A DNA stretch of 64,000 bases, taken from assembly GCA_041946865.1 (NCBI GenBank), contig JBHGBF010000028.1, forward strand, positions 4,257 through 68,256, given 5' to 3'. The position numbers and the translations under genes were made by a program. The stretch is from Acidobacteriota bacterium (GTDB lineage Bacteria; Acidobacteriota; UBA6911; RPQK01). Below, one piece after another: positions 45,211 to 54,335 of the stretch (its first letter is position 1; each line of letters opens with the position of its first letter). Under the pieces are notes generated by a model. It saw only the letters and a list, made by a program, of their open reading frames with translations. It did no database searches and was not told the DNA's origin.

Positions 45211-48028
45211 AGTTTTTCAGTCGTGAGACATCCGCGAGCGTTTCCAGCCGTACGCTCGAATGCTCGTGAATGGCCTGTCGCTCATTGTTGTTTTCGGGAT
45301 GCGCCAGTCGATGCGGTCCGGTGATGGCCTGCGAGCTTTCATCGGCCTTGAACCGCAGGTACAGCTTCTGTTCGCGCTCCGCCAGCGCCCGGTTGCCCAT
45401 TCCCCGATAAGCCAGCATCAGGTTGTAATGAGCCTGCAGGTCCTCGGGATCGATCCGCAAAACACGATTCAGCACTTCCACCGCTTCCTTGAACTGGCGC
45501 TTCAAGAACAGGATCCGGCCGATCTGGTTCAATACCATGCGGTCCTGGGGGTACTTCGACTCCGCTTTCCACAGATGTTCCAGGGCTTTTTCATAATTCC
45601 CCTGCGTCTTGTACGTCATGCCAAGGAAGAAATGGGTTTTGGCCAGTTCGGGATCAAGCCTGAGTGCATCCAGCAGGACTTCCTGGGCCTCCTGGGTCCG
45701 GCCTTCCTGAGCACGGACGCGGCCGATATTCACATAGCCGTCGACATACTTCGGATTGATTTGCACAACCCGTTTGAAAATCTCCTCCGCCGCCTTCAAA
45801 TCGCCCTGCAGTAACAGACCAATCCCATAATCGTTCCAGCGGATCAGGTCTTTCGGGTTGAGCACCGCCTCTTGGTGGGAAACGTCCGTGCCGGCGGGAA
45901 CGACTTTCAGCTGAGCCGTGGTTTCCGCCATGACGACAATGGGGAGATCCGGAATCTCCTTGAGCTTTCCCGAAACCTTGGAAAGGTCCCCGGTGAAGAC
46001 CCATTTCCCATCGTCATATCCGGGAGCGATCGAGACCGCAACCTGGCTCGGATCCCGCACCCCGGCATAGGCCCATTGCGTATTCCACCACGCGAATTTG
46101 CGGTAATTGACCTTGGCTTTGAGCGTGATTGTCCCGCCGGCATCCCCGGGAATCTTGAGTCGATAATGCACGGTGTCGGCGGCCCCAGGCGGGATCAGCC
46201 GCACGTACAAAACCGACCGCGCCATCCAGGCGTTGCGTTTGTTGATGTGATTGCCGTTTGCGTCGAGCAGGAAGGAGCGGTAAAAATGAGCGGAGGGCTC
46301 GACCGGCCCCTTGCGTCCTGACTCGTCTTCGGGCACGTAGCCGCTCCAGAAGATGGTTTTCCCGCGCTCGTCGACCGCCTGCAGCTCCACCCAGACATCG
46401 AATCCGTCGACTGTCCCGCCCGGGAAGAAGTGGCCGACGTTTTTCGTCCTCACGACGACATCCACACGGACGTCATCCCCGGCCTGTACCAGGGGGTTGA
46501 CGCGGTTTACCGGCGCCAGGATCTTTGCCGCTTCCGTATACCCGGCTCCGACGCCGACCGCGAAGCCCATCTGGTCGCCTTCCGCAAATGTGCTGGAGAT
46601 CTGCGGCTCGTCCGCACTTGCCGCCCGGCGCCCGGCAGACTCCTCCCCGACAACTTCCCCCGCCTCGCTGACCGCGAAAATATCCACCCCGACCTGGTCG
46701 CTTTTCAGAAACTTGATCACCGTCTCGAGCTGCTCGTGATCTTTGTTGGCAAAGGGGAGAGCCGTGTTGGCGGCCGGGAAGCGGTGGCTGTGTACGAATC
46801 CATTGAGGTTGCCGGCATCGTTCGAGGCGACCAGCGGCATATGACAATCGGCGCATTTCTTCGACTGTTTCGGGTAGTAGAACGAACGTGCGGAATGCCC
46901 CGAAATCCCGCTGTTCTGCCAGGCGTCATAGTCATTGAAACCCCTGGTCCACCGGTAATTGTTGACCGGAATATCCAGATGCACCTTGTGACAGCTCGAG
47001 CAGTAATCGGGAGTCTGGCTCCGGAAAAACGGCTTCAGGAACGTCCGGCGATGCGGGCCGGGATCGAGCCGGACCACAAAATCGTGGACCCCCTTGATCA
47101 GCCGGTTCTCGCTGGTCGCCAGATCGTGGAGCGGCGGGTATTCAATCACGAAATGCCCGTTACCCATCGTGCTCCCTACCGACACGATCGAGTGGCACGA
47201 CGTACACGTCAAACCGGCCTGCGCCTCGGGCGTGTGGATCTGGTCCTTGATTGGTCGATCCATCATGCCGTTGAAGAAAACCGCATGATCGTGACAGCCG
47301 CCGCACCACTTGGACGGCTTGGTTCCCACCACGTCCTGCATGTATTCGATCGATTTCCGGTACCACTGGTTGTTGAAAGAGGAGAAGTGATGCGCGCTCG
47401 AGGCCCATTGCCTGTAAATGTCGGGGTGACATCCCTTGCTGGCGCACGACTCCGGCTTCATGAAAAACGCCGACGGAATCGTCCGGTTCACGTCGGTATT
47501 GGCCGAAGAGGGGAAAAACGGGCTCTCCGCCCCCGCGCCTTCCTCTTCCATTCGAACCGGAACCGCCGTCGGATTGACGATCTCCCAGCTGGGATTCGGG
47601 TAGTAACGGTACCAGGTCTGAACACCCAGCGGCAGCGCCAGCCCGATAACCAGCGCCGCCACCAGGAGCGCCCGGCTCCGGCCCGAGATGAGACTGGCCA
47701 TCACAAAGAGCACGAATCCGCTGCCGACAACCACGATATGAGCCAGGAGGAGCCAGTAGTATGGACGGGTCGCGCCCGTTATGACCAGCGCTGTGCCGAG
47801 CAGCCCGCCGGCGATCATCAGGATGACCGCCAGCCGGCTTAACCAGGAGGCCTGTCGAAGCGAACCGCGCAAAAAAGCGACCAGGCCCACCAGGACCAGC
47901 GCCCCCAGCCCCAAGTGCAACAGGAGATTCGCGACGTAGAAAAGCGTCGGTGAATCAAAACTGTACAGGTAAGCGCTGTTGATCACCAGCAGAGCCAGGG
48001 CAGCCGACAGCCGACGAGTCATAGGCAT
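45113..48028 (-). CDS. Membrane-anchored multihaem cytochrome c (c554-like haem block) fused to a C-terminal TPR domain
   Basis: The N-terminus has five predicted TM helices. A periplasmic block follows with CGGCH, CTSCH, CSSCH, CADCH and an atypical CASKGCH (CX4CH). The C-terminal ~250 aa are TPR repeats. The start was taken at the Met 'MPMTRRLSAAL' (ORF maximum 48067, TTG). The 3' end overlaps the CRTAC1 start by 98 nt. Confidence 0.75.
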   Translation of the reverse strand: MPMTRRLSAALALLVINSAYLYSFDSPTLFYVANLLLHLGLGALVLVGLVAFLRGSLRQASWLSRLAVILMIAGGLLGTALVITGATRPYYWLLLAHIVVVGSGFVLFVMASLISGRSRALLVAALVIGLALPLGVQTWYRYYPNPSWEIVNPTAVPVRMEEEGAGAESPFFPSSANTDVNRTIPSAFFMKPESCASKGCHPDIYRQWASSAHHFSSFNNQWYRKSIEYMQDVVGTKPSKWCGGCHDHAVFFNGMMDRPIKDQIHTPEAQAGLTCTSCHSIVSVGSTMGNGHFVIEYPPLHDLATSENRLIKGVHDFVVRLDPGPHRRTFLKPFFRSQTPDYCSSCHKVHLDIPVNNYRWTRGFNDYDAWQNSGISGHSARSFYYPKQSKKCADCHMPLVASNDAGNLNGFVHSHRFPAANTALPFANKDHEQLETVIKFLKSDQVGVDIFAVSEAGEVVGEESAGRRAASADEPQISSTFAEGDQMGFAVGVGAGYTEAAKILAPVNRVNPLVQAGDDVRVDVVVRTKNVGHFFPGGTVDGFDVWVELQAVDERGKTIFWSGYVPEDESGRKGPVEPSAHFYRSFLLDANGNHINKRNAWMARSVLYVRLIPPGAADTVHYRLKIPGDAGGTITLKAKVNYRKFAWWNTQWAYAGVRDPSQVAVSIAPGYDDGKWVFTGDLSKVSGKLKEIPDLPIVVMAETTAQLKVVPAGTDVSHQEAVLNPKDLIRWNDYGIGLLLQGDLKAAEEIFKRVVQINPKYVDGYVNIGRVRAQEGRTQEAQEVLLDALRLDPELAKTHFFLGMTYKTQGNYEKALEHLWKAESKYPQDRMVLNQIGRILFLKRQFKEAVEVLNRVLRIDPEDLQAHYNLMLAYRGMGNRALAEREQKLYLRFKADESSQAITGPHRLAHPENNNERQAIHEHSSVRLETLADVSRLKNYEATSLDLAADGLPGPGRRAGAFYQRNPPGRH

Positions 48029-48144
48029 ACTCTTCTCACGATCACCTCGGGATCGCCAACCGGTCAATCATCCATCGTCTTGGCCTGGGATGCCTCAAGA
48101 TAGGGGGCCGCAACGATCGCTCGTGGCGGGATACTTTTTGTAGA

Positions 48145-48160
48145 GCAAACTCCGTGCCGA
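48145..48160 (-). promoter_or_regulatory. Candidate sigma-54 promoter (minus strand CGGCAC-N5-TTGCT) upstream of the cytochrome-TPR/CRTAC1 genes
   Basis: The reverse complement of 48140..48164 reads cacttcGGCACggagtTTGCtctac. The GG and GC dinucleotides are correctly spaced, with one mismatch to TGGCAC. It lies about 100 nt upstream of the cytochrome start. Confidence 0.4.
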
Positions 48161-48371
48161 AGTGTGTGACATCATCATAACCCACGATCCGCCTTCAAGT
48201 TAAGCAGACTGCAACAAGAAATGACCCGGGAAACGTGTATTTACATGTCTGGTTGTTCATCATTTATATGCACCTATTTTGAAACACACGCCGGCGAGTT
48301 ACGCGCCGGAGAGAACGGGGGCGGTCAGGTTGTCAAGGCTGCCCGCTTAGTGGTATCTTCTCATATATTTT

Positions 48372-50006
48372 ATGAATGGCCTCCGCGAGCGGCTGAAGAA
48401 GGACACTTCGAGCCTGAAGATTACCGTGGTGCTTTTTGCGGTCCTGCTCGCGATTAACTGCGCGGCGGTCTGGTTCATCCTGGTCTCACGCCGCAATGTT
48501 CAGCAAATCGCGGCCCAGGACTTGCAGCTGCAAACGACTGCCCAGGCGCGCTCGATCGAAGCCTTGCTGGCGAATTTGCGAGGCGAGTTTCTTTTCCTGT
48601 CGCAGTCGGCCCCACAGTCGACGGCCGTAACGGTCCTCTCCGACCCGAACCCGCTCGTGAAGCGCTGGGGCCGGCTGGATGTGGAAGGCATTTTCCTCCG
48701 CTTTCTCCAAGCCCGCCCGGAAGTCTTACGGCTGATCCTGCGTGACGGCGCAGGCAAGCCGCTTATCGTGGCGGGGCGCCGGGAGGGCGCTCCTGTGCTT
48801 CTGCCCCCTGGGGATTTCACCCAGGCGGCGACCAGCGGCGGCAACGTGTGGGCCAGCCAGTGGCCGATTGCGGCGGGCCCGCCGGAAAACGGCATCTTGG
48901 AGACGTTGCTGGACGTCTCGGAGCTGCTTTCCGTCGTGGCGCCGGGCAGCGAGTCCAAGCTGAAAATCGTTCAGGAACGCCGGCCGCTCGTTCGACCGCC
49001 CTCCGACGACTCGCTGGTGGCCTCGGTGCCGATTCGAGACGAACACTGGACCACCCCCATACACTGGACCTTGATTCGGACCGAGAATCAAAGCCAGCTG
49101 GTCTCGTCGGTCGCCAACCTGGCGGCGCATTACCGGGCGACGATTATCCTCAACCTTTTGGTCATAAGCCTGACGCTGGTCCTGGGCGCTCTGGCGTTCC
49201 GGCAGGTTCGACGCTCGGCGATTCTTGAGGCAGAGAATCGGCATCAGGCCAGGGTCCGGGAGCTGGAACGCCAAATGCTCCATACGGAGCGGCTGGCGAG
49301 CGTCGGTCGACTGGCAGCCGGCCTGGCCCATGAGATCAACAATCCGCTGGAGGGCATCGGGAACTATCTGAGCCTCTTGGAGGAAGACCTGAAGGACGGA
49401 CGGGCAGAGGGCTGTCTGGAGCTGACCGCAGGCGTCCGAGAGGGGCTCAATCGTGCGGCGGGGATCACGCGCCAGGTTCTGGCTCTCTCCGACCCGGGCA
49501 GAAGCCCCAAAACGGCAATGAGCATGAACGCCGTGGCCAGGGAGACCTTCGATTTTGTCAGGTCTAATCCGGCTTTTCGGCACGTCCGCATGGAGCTGCG
49601 TGTTCCCGATGATGACCTGATCATTCTCGGGAACGCGATTACCCTGGGCCAGGTCGTCTTGAATCTGATCCTCAACGCCTGTGAGTATCAGGAGCAGGGA
49701 GGCCAGGTCGAGGTGGTGTTGGACCGCGTGGACGCCAAGGCGCGCTTGAGGGTGAGCGATCGGGGGCCTGGCATTCCCGAAGACGCATTACCAAGGATTT
49801 TTGAGCCCTTCTTTTCGACCCGAGGCTCGACGGGACTCGGGCTGTCGCTTTGCCATTCGATCGTGACCGACCATGCCGGGCAGGTGACGGCCGCCAACCG
49901 CGGCGATGGGCAGGGCGCGGTCTTCACGGTGGAAATCCCGCTAAGCGAACCGCGAGCCGCCGACACCGAGCCTGCTGGGGTCAAGGAGAAGGAACTGACA
50001 GGCTGA
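48372..50006 (+). CDS. Sensor histidine kinase (two TM segments, periplasmic sensor, HisKA, HATPase_c)
   Basis: The 544-aa protein has the H-box 'GLAHEINNPLEGI' and G-boxes 'DRGPGIPED' and 'GSTGLGLSL'. A TTGTCA-N18-TATCTT sigma-70-like promoter lies just upstream. Confidence 0.85.
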   Translation: MNGLRERLKKDTSSLKITVVLFAVLLAINCAAVWFILVSRRNVQQIAAQDLQLQTTAQARSIEALLANLRGEFLFLSQSAPQSTAVTVLSDPNPLVKRWGRLDVEGIFLRFLQARPEVLRLILRDGAGKPLIVAGRREGAPVLLPPGDFTQAATSGGNVWASQWPIAAGPPENGILETLLDVSELLSVVAPGSESKLKIVQERRPLVRPPSDDSLVASVPIRDEHWTTPIHWTLIRTENQSQLVSSVANLAAHYRATIILNLLVISLTLVLGALAFRQVRRSAILEAENRHQARVRELERQMLHTERLASVGRLAAGLAHEINNPLEGIGNYLSLLEEDLKDGRAEGCLELTAGVREGLNRAAGITRQVLALSDPGRSPKTAMSMNAVARETFDFVRSNPAFRHVRMELRVPDDDLIILGNAITLGQVVLNLILNACEYQEQGGQVEVVLDRVDAKARLRVSDRGPGIPEDALPRIFEPFFSTRGSTGLGLSLCHSIVTDHAGQVTAANRGDGQGAVFTVEIPLSEPRAADTEPAGVKEKELTG

Positions 50007-50121
50007 GAACTGGGAGCCGGAGGGCATCCAACCTGCCGCTGGTCCGCCGGCCAAACGCCGGCGTTTTTCCGAACGGAGCAGGCCAATGATGTCCCTTCCT
50101 CCCGGCATTTGAAAGGTCTAC

Positions 50122-51516
50122 ATGAGCGCAAGGACGAACACCAAGGGCACGGTCTTGATCGTGGATGACGAAACCTACGTACGGGACTCCCTGGCCACGG
50201 TGATGAGACGCAAAGGGTACATGGTGCGAACTGCACCGGGCGCGGAGCAGCTCATCGCCTCAGGAGCGCTGCAAGGGGTCGACGTGGTCGTCACCGATCT
50301 TCGCATGCCGGGGCAGGACGGGCTTACCTTCCTGCGTTCTCTTGCGGAAACCGAGTCGACGATTCCCGTCATCGTCCTCACGGGCCACGGCACTGTTCCC
50401 TCGGCGGTCGAGTGCATGAAAGCCGGCGCCTTCGATTACCTGCTCAAGCCTTCGACCCCCGACGAGCTGGACCTGGTCATCGACCGGGCGATCAACCAGA
50501 CGACAATGAAACGGGAGCTTGAGTACTTCCGTTCCGCCGACGCCCGGAAGCCTGGACCGTCAGGGCCCGTCGGCGTGAGCGCCGGCTGGAAGCAGGTGTT
50601 ACGGCTGGTTGAAGCGGCGGCGCCGGCGGACACGACGGTGCTTCTCCTCGGCGAGTCGGGAACCGGAAAGGGCGAAGCGGCTCGTCTGGTTCATCAATGC
50701 AGCCGCCGCAACAAGAAGCCGTTCGTTCGTGTGAACTGCGCCGCCATCCCGATCGATCTTTTCGAGAGCGAATTTTTCGGGCACCGGCGGGGATCTTTTA
50801 CGGGGGCGACGGCCGATCGCGAAGGACGTTTTCGAGTCGCGCACCAGGGGACGCTGTTCATGGACGAGATCACCTCCATGCCGGCAGCCGCGCAGGCCAA
50901 GGTGCTCCGGGTGCTGGAGGACGGAGTCTTTGAACGGGTGGGAGACAGCAATCCCACGACCGTCGACGTCCGGCTGGTGGCCGCCTGCAACGTGGACCTG
51001 CAGGCCGAAGTGGATGCCGGACGGTTTCGCCAGGACCTGTTTTACCGCATAAATGTCATGACCATTCATATCCCTCCACTGCGGGAACGCAGGGAGGATA
51101 TCCCGGTCCTGGCCCAGAGTTTTCTCGATGAGTTCCGCGCGAGACTGGCACGGCCTGTGCATTCTTTCGATCCCGAAACCATGAAGATCCTCGAAGCGTA
51201 CCACTGGCCGGGCAACATTCGCGAGTTGCGCAATGTAATCGAGCGCGCCGTTCTTCTGGAGACCGGCCCCGAGCTGATGCCCGATAGCCTGCCCTTCGGG
51301 TTCCAGCAGGAAGGACGTTCCCCGGGTGCGCATCCGCCTGAAGATCTCAACCTTCGAAGTGCCCTGGCGGCCGAGGAGTGCCGGATACTGAAAGCGGCGC
51401 TGGCGCGGTCGAACGGGGTTCGCCGTGAAGCGGCCCGCCTGCTGGGAATTGACGAACGGAATCTCTCCTACTTCCTCAAGAAGCATGGACTGAGCGGAAC
51501 GGGAGGGCGCGCATGA
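50122..51516 (+). CDS. Sigma-54-dependent response regulator (NtrC family) with C-terminal Fis-type HTH
   Basis: The protein has a receiver domain ('VVVTDLRMPG'), AAA+ motifs ('GESGTGKG', 'GSFTGA', 'ESEFFGH') and the HTH 'AARLLGIDERNLSYFLKKHGL'. Confidence 0.9.
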   Translation: MSARTNTKGTVLIVDDETYVRDSLATVMRRKGYMVRTAPGAEQLIASGALQGVDVVVTDLRMPGQDGLTFLRSLAETESTIPVIVLTGHGTVPSAVECMKAGAFDYLLKPSTPDELDLVIDRAINQTTMKRELEYFRSADARKPGPSGPVGVSAGWKQVLRLVEAAAPADTTVLLLGESGTGKGEAARLVHQCSRRNKKPFVRVNCAAIPIDLFESEFFGHRRGSFTGATADREGRFRVAHQGTLFMDEITSMPAAAQAKVLRVLEDGVFERVGDSNPTTVDVRLVAACNVDLQAEVDAGRFRQDLFYRINVMTIHIPPLRERREDIPVLAQSFLDEFRARLARPVHSFDPETMKILEAYHWPGNIRELRNVIERAVLLETGPELMPDSLPFGFQQEGRSPGAHPPEDLNLRSALAAEECRILKAALARSNGVRREAARLLGIDERNLSYFLKKHGLSGTGGRA

Positions 51517-53351
51517 GGCGCGTCTTCTTCCAGGAGAGCGCAGGGATCCTGCCTGCGCGGGTATCCTGCCTGCTGCTTCTGGTCCCGGCCCTCTTCCTCG
51601 CCGGCTGTCAAAGCCAACCCGAACCCTCAAAGCCGGGAGAGAGGGCCGGCAGCAGGCCGGAACAAGCGAGAGACGAGGTTCAGAAGCCGCAAGCGGCGCC
51701 GCCTGCGGCCCCGGGCAGAGCCGAAGTCTCTACTCCCAAGGCGCCGGCGTCCCCGCCGGCCGGCGCTTTCCTTTTCACCGACATGACGGCGTACTCGGGG
51801 ATTGTCTTCACGCATTTCAACGACGCGACACCCCGCAAGTATCTTCCCGAGACCATGGGCGCCGGGGTCGCCCTCCTGGATTACGACAACGACGGCCTCG
51901 TCGATATTTACCTGGTCAACGGCGCCAGACTGAAACCTCCCCGGGATGTCCCCGGCGCACCGACCGGGGCGCTGTACCGGAATCTGGGCAACTGGAAGTT
52001 CCAGGCCGTTACGGCGCAGGCGGGCCTGGACCAGCCCATGTTCGGGATGGGCATCGCCGTCGGCGACTATGACAACGACGGCTTCACCGATCTCTTTATC
52101 AACGGCGTGGATGGCGATCGCCTTTACCGGAATGCGGGGAACGGCACTTTCGAGGATGTGAGCGAGCGCGTCGGGCTGAACGATTCCGGCTTCGGTTCGA
52201 GCGCCGCTTTCCTTGACTATGATCGCGACGGCTACCTGGACCTCTTTGTCGGCCGTTACGTCGAATGGACACGCGAGACCGACATTACCTGCAGCCCGGA
52301 CGGCGTCCACCGGGTGTACTGCACGCCGGAGGCGTATCACGGCGAGAGCAACCGGCTTTACAGGAATATGGGGGGCCGCCGTTTCAAGGATGTCACCCGC
52401 TCCTCGGGGATCTGGCAGCAGGACGGCAAGACGCTCGGCGTCGCCATCATGGATCATAACCATGACGGCTGGCCGGACATTGCAGTCGCCAACGACACCG
52501 TTCGCAATTTCCTGTTCGTGAACAACCGGGACGGCACCTTTACCGAAAGCGGGGTCGCGACCGGAATGGCGTACAGCGAGTCCGGCGCCACGCGAGGCGG
52601 AATGGGTATCGACGCGGGTGATGCCGACGGAGACGGCTTCACGGACATCGTCGTAGGGAACTTCTCCCAGGAAATGAGCGCCCTTTACCGTGGGTCGGCA
52701 GCGGGCTTTTTCGTCGATGACGCGCCGCAGGCGGGAATCGGCCTGCCCACGCTTATGACCCTGGCTTTTGGAACCCTTTTCTTCGACTACGACAACGACG
52801 GCCTGCTGGACCTGCTGATTGCCAACGGCCACATTGAGCCCGAGATCAACAAGACGCAACGGCTCCAGCAGTACGCTCAGCCTCCCCAGCTTTTCAGGAA
52901 CGAGGGCGACGGCAATTTCAGGCAGATGACCGACAGTGCGGGCAGCCCGCTCAGAGAGCCGCTGGTCGGCCGGGGCCTGGCTTCGGGTGACCTGGATGGT
53001 GACGGCGACCTCGACATTGTCATTACACAGAACGGGCATCGGGCCAAGGTCTGGCGGAACAACGCGAGGCGCCAATCCTGGCTTCGGGTCCAGTTGTGCG
53101 GCAATCGAAGCAACCGAACCGGCTACGGGGCAGTCATCAAGGCGGTTGCCGGGAAGAAGACCTGGGTGCGAATGTTCAGCTCAGGACGCTCGTATCTCTC
53201 GGCGTGCGAACCCATAACGAGCATCGGGCTCGGCTCGGTCACCGCGCTGGACCGGCTCGAAATCACCTGGCCTTCCGGCCAGGTCCAGACGATACAGCGC
53301 CCGCCGCTGAACCAGCTTTTGAAGGTGAAAGAAGCTCCGGCAGCCACCTGA
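51513..53351 (+). CDS. CRTAC1 family lipoprotein (FG-GAP repeats + ASPIC/UnbV domain)
   Basis: The lipobox 'LFLAGCQSQ' is followed by a Pro/Ala-rich linker, then repeated 'DYDNDGxxD' FG-GAP loops and a C-terminal 'ITWPSGQVQT' ASPIC-like domain. It overlaps the regulator stop by 4 nt and is co-transcribed with it. Confidence 0.8.
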   Translation: MRRVFFQESAGILPARVSCLLLLVPALFLAGCQSQPEPSKPGERAGSRPEQARDEVQKPQAAPPAAPGRAEVSTPKAPASPPAGAFLFTDMTAYSGIVFTHFNDATPRKYLPETMGAGVALLDYDNDGLVDIYLVNGARLKPPRDVPGAPTGALYRNLGNWKFQAVTAQAGLDQPMFGMGIAVGDYDNDGFTDLFINGVDGDRLYRNAGNGTFEDVSERVGLNDSGFGSSAAFLDYDRDGYLDLFVGRYVEWTRETDITCSPDGVHRVYCTPEAYHGESNRLYRNMGGRRFKDVTRSSGIWQQDGKTLGVAIMDHNHDGWPDIAVANDTVRNFLFVNNRDGTFTESGVATGMAYSESGATRGGMGIDAGDADGDGFTDIVVGNFSQEMSALYRGSAAGFFVDDAPQAGIGLPTLMTLAFGTLFFDYDNDGLLDLLIANGHIEPEINKTQRLQQYAQPPQLFRNEGDGNFRQMTDSAGSPLREPLVGRGLASGDLDGDGDLDIVITQNGHRAKVWRNNARRQSWLRVQLCGNRSNRTGYGAVIKAVAGKKTWVRMFSSGRSYLSACEPITSIGLGSVTALDRLEITWPSGQVQTIQRPPLNQLLKVKEAPAAT

Positions 53352-53373
53352 AACGTCATCTGGAGGAACAAGC

Positions 53374-54123
53374 ATGCCCGTCTACGTCGGCGCCTCCGGC
53401 TGGCAATACAAGGACTGGTCCCGAACTTTCTATCCGCCCGGCACGGGATCGTTGCTTGAGTACTACTCGGCCAGGTTCAGAACCGTCGAGATCAATGCCA
53501 CCTTCTACCGCCTGCCTGAGAAGCCCGTGTTCGAGAAATGGGACGCCGAGGCTTCCGGAGACTTCCGGTTTGCGGTCAAGGCCAGCCGCTTCCTTACTCA
53601 CATGAAAAAGCTCAAAGATCCCGAGGAACCTGTCGCCCGACTGCTCGAACGGTGCGCGGGACTGAAGCGCAAGCTGGCCGTGATTCTCGTGCAACTCCCT
53701 GGCAACTTCCCGCGACATGACGAGCGCCTGGAGGCCACACTGGCTGCTTTCCCGAAAAACATGCGGATTGCGGTCGAATTCCGGCACGAATCGTGGTTCT
53801 CCGACGAAGTCAAGAACCTGCTCAGCCGGTACAAGGCCGCGCTCTGTCTCGCTGATCGCGGCGGCCGGCTTCTTACGCCTTGCTGGAAGACGTGCGACTG
53901 GGGCTATCTTCGAATGCATCAAGGAGAACAGCGACCGCTTCCCTGCTATAACGCTTCGACTCTGAAGGAGCGCGCCCGGATGCTTGCCGGCTTGTGGAAG
54001 CCCCGCCAGGACATCTTTGTCTATTTCAACAACGATACCGGCGGCTGCGCCATTCGGGACGCGGTGGCTTTTGCCCGGGCAGCCGAGGAGGCAGGCCTCT
54101 CCCCGACCCGCGCGCTCCTGTAG
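53374..54123 (+). CDS. DUF72 (YecE-like) family protein
   Basis: The N-terminus 'VYVGASGWQYKDWSRTFYP' and the 'SARFRTVEINATFYR' region are hallmark DUF72 sequences. Confidence 0.85.
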   Translation: MPVYVGASGWQYKDWSRTFYPPGTGSLLEYYSARFRTVEINATFYRLPEKPVFEKWDAEASGDFRFAVKASRFLTHMKKLKDPEEPVARLLERCAGLKRKLAVILVQLPGNFPRHDERLEATLAAFPKNMRIAVEFRHESWFSDEVKNLLSRYKAALCLADRGGRLLTPCWKTCDWGYLRMHQGEQRPLPCYNASTLKERARMLAGLWKPRQDIFVYFNNDTGGCAIRDAVAFARAAEEAGLSPTRALL

Positions 54124-54335
54124 ACGCAGGCCGCAGTCATTCCCAATACGGCTCGACTCCGTAAAACTGGTGAATGTGGATCCCCGGAAGCTTACTGAGA
54201 ATCGGTGAGAATGGGCAGAGAGCGGGGCTGCGGGTTACAGAGCACAGGCGGCAGGCGACCGCGCGGCACTTTGCTCGAAACGCGCCCGCCTGGGTGTGAC
54301 TACATGAACAGAGGAAGGCTCCGTGACCGAACGGC

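Noticed and set aside
54124-54335. A possible sigma-54 motif 'GGCACTTTGCTCG'.
   Set aside because: The spacing between GGCAC and TTGC is 1 nt instead of 5, and it sits between two convergent gene ends.
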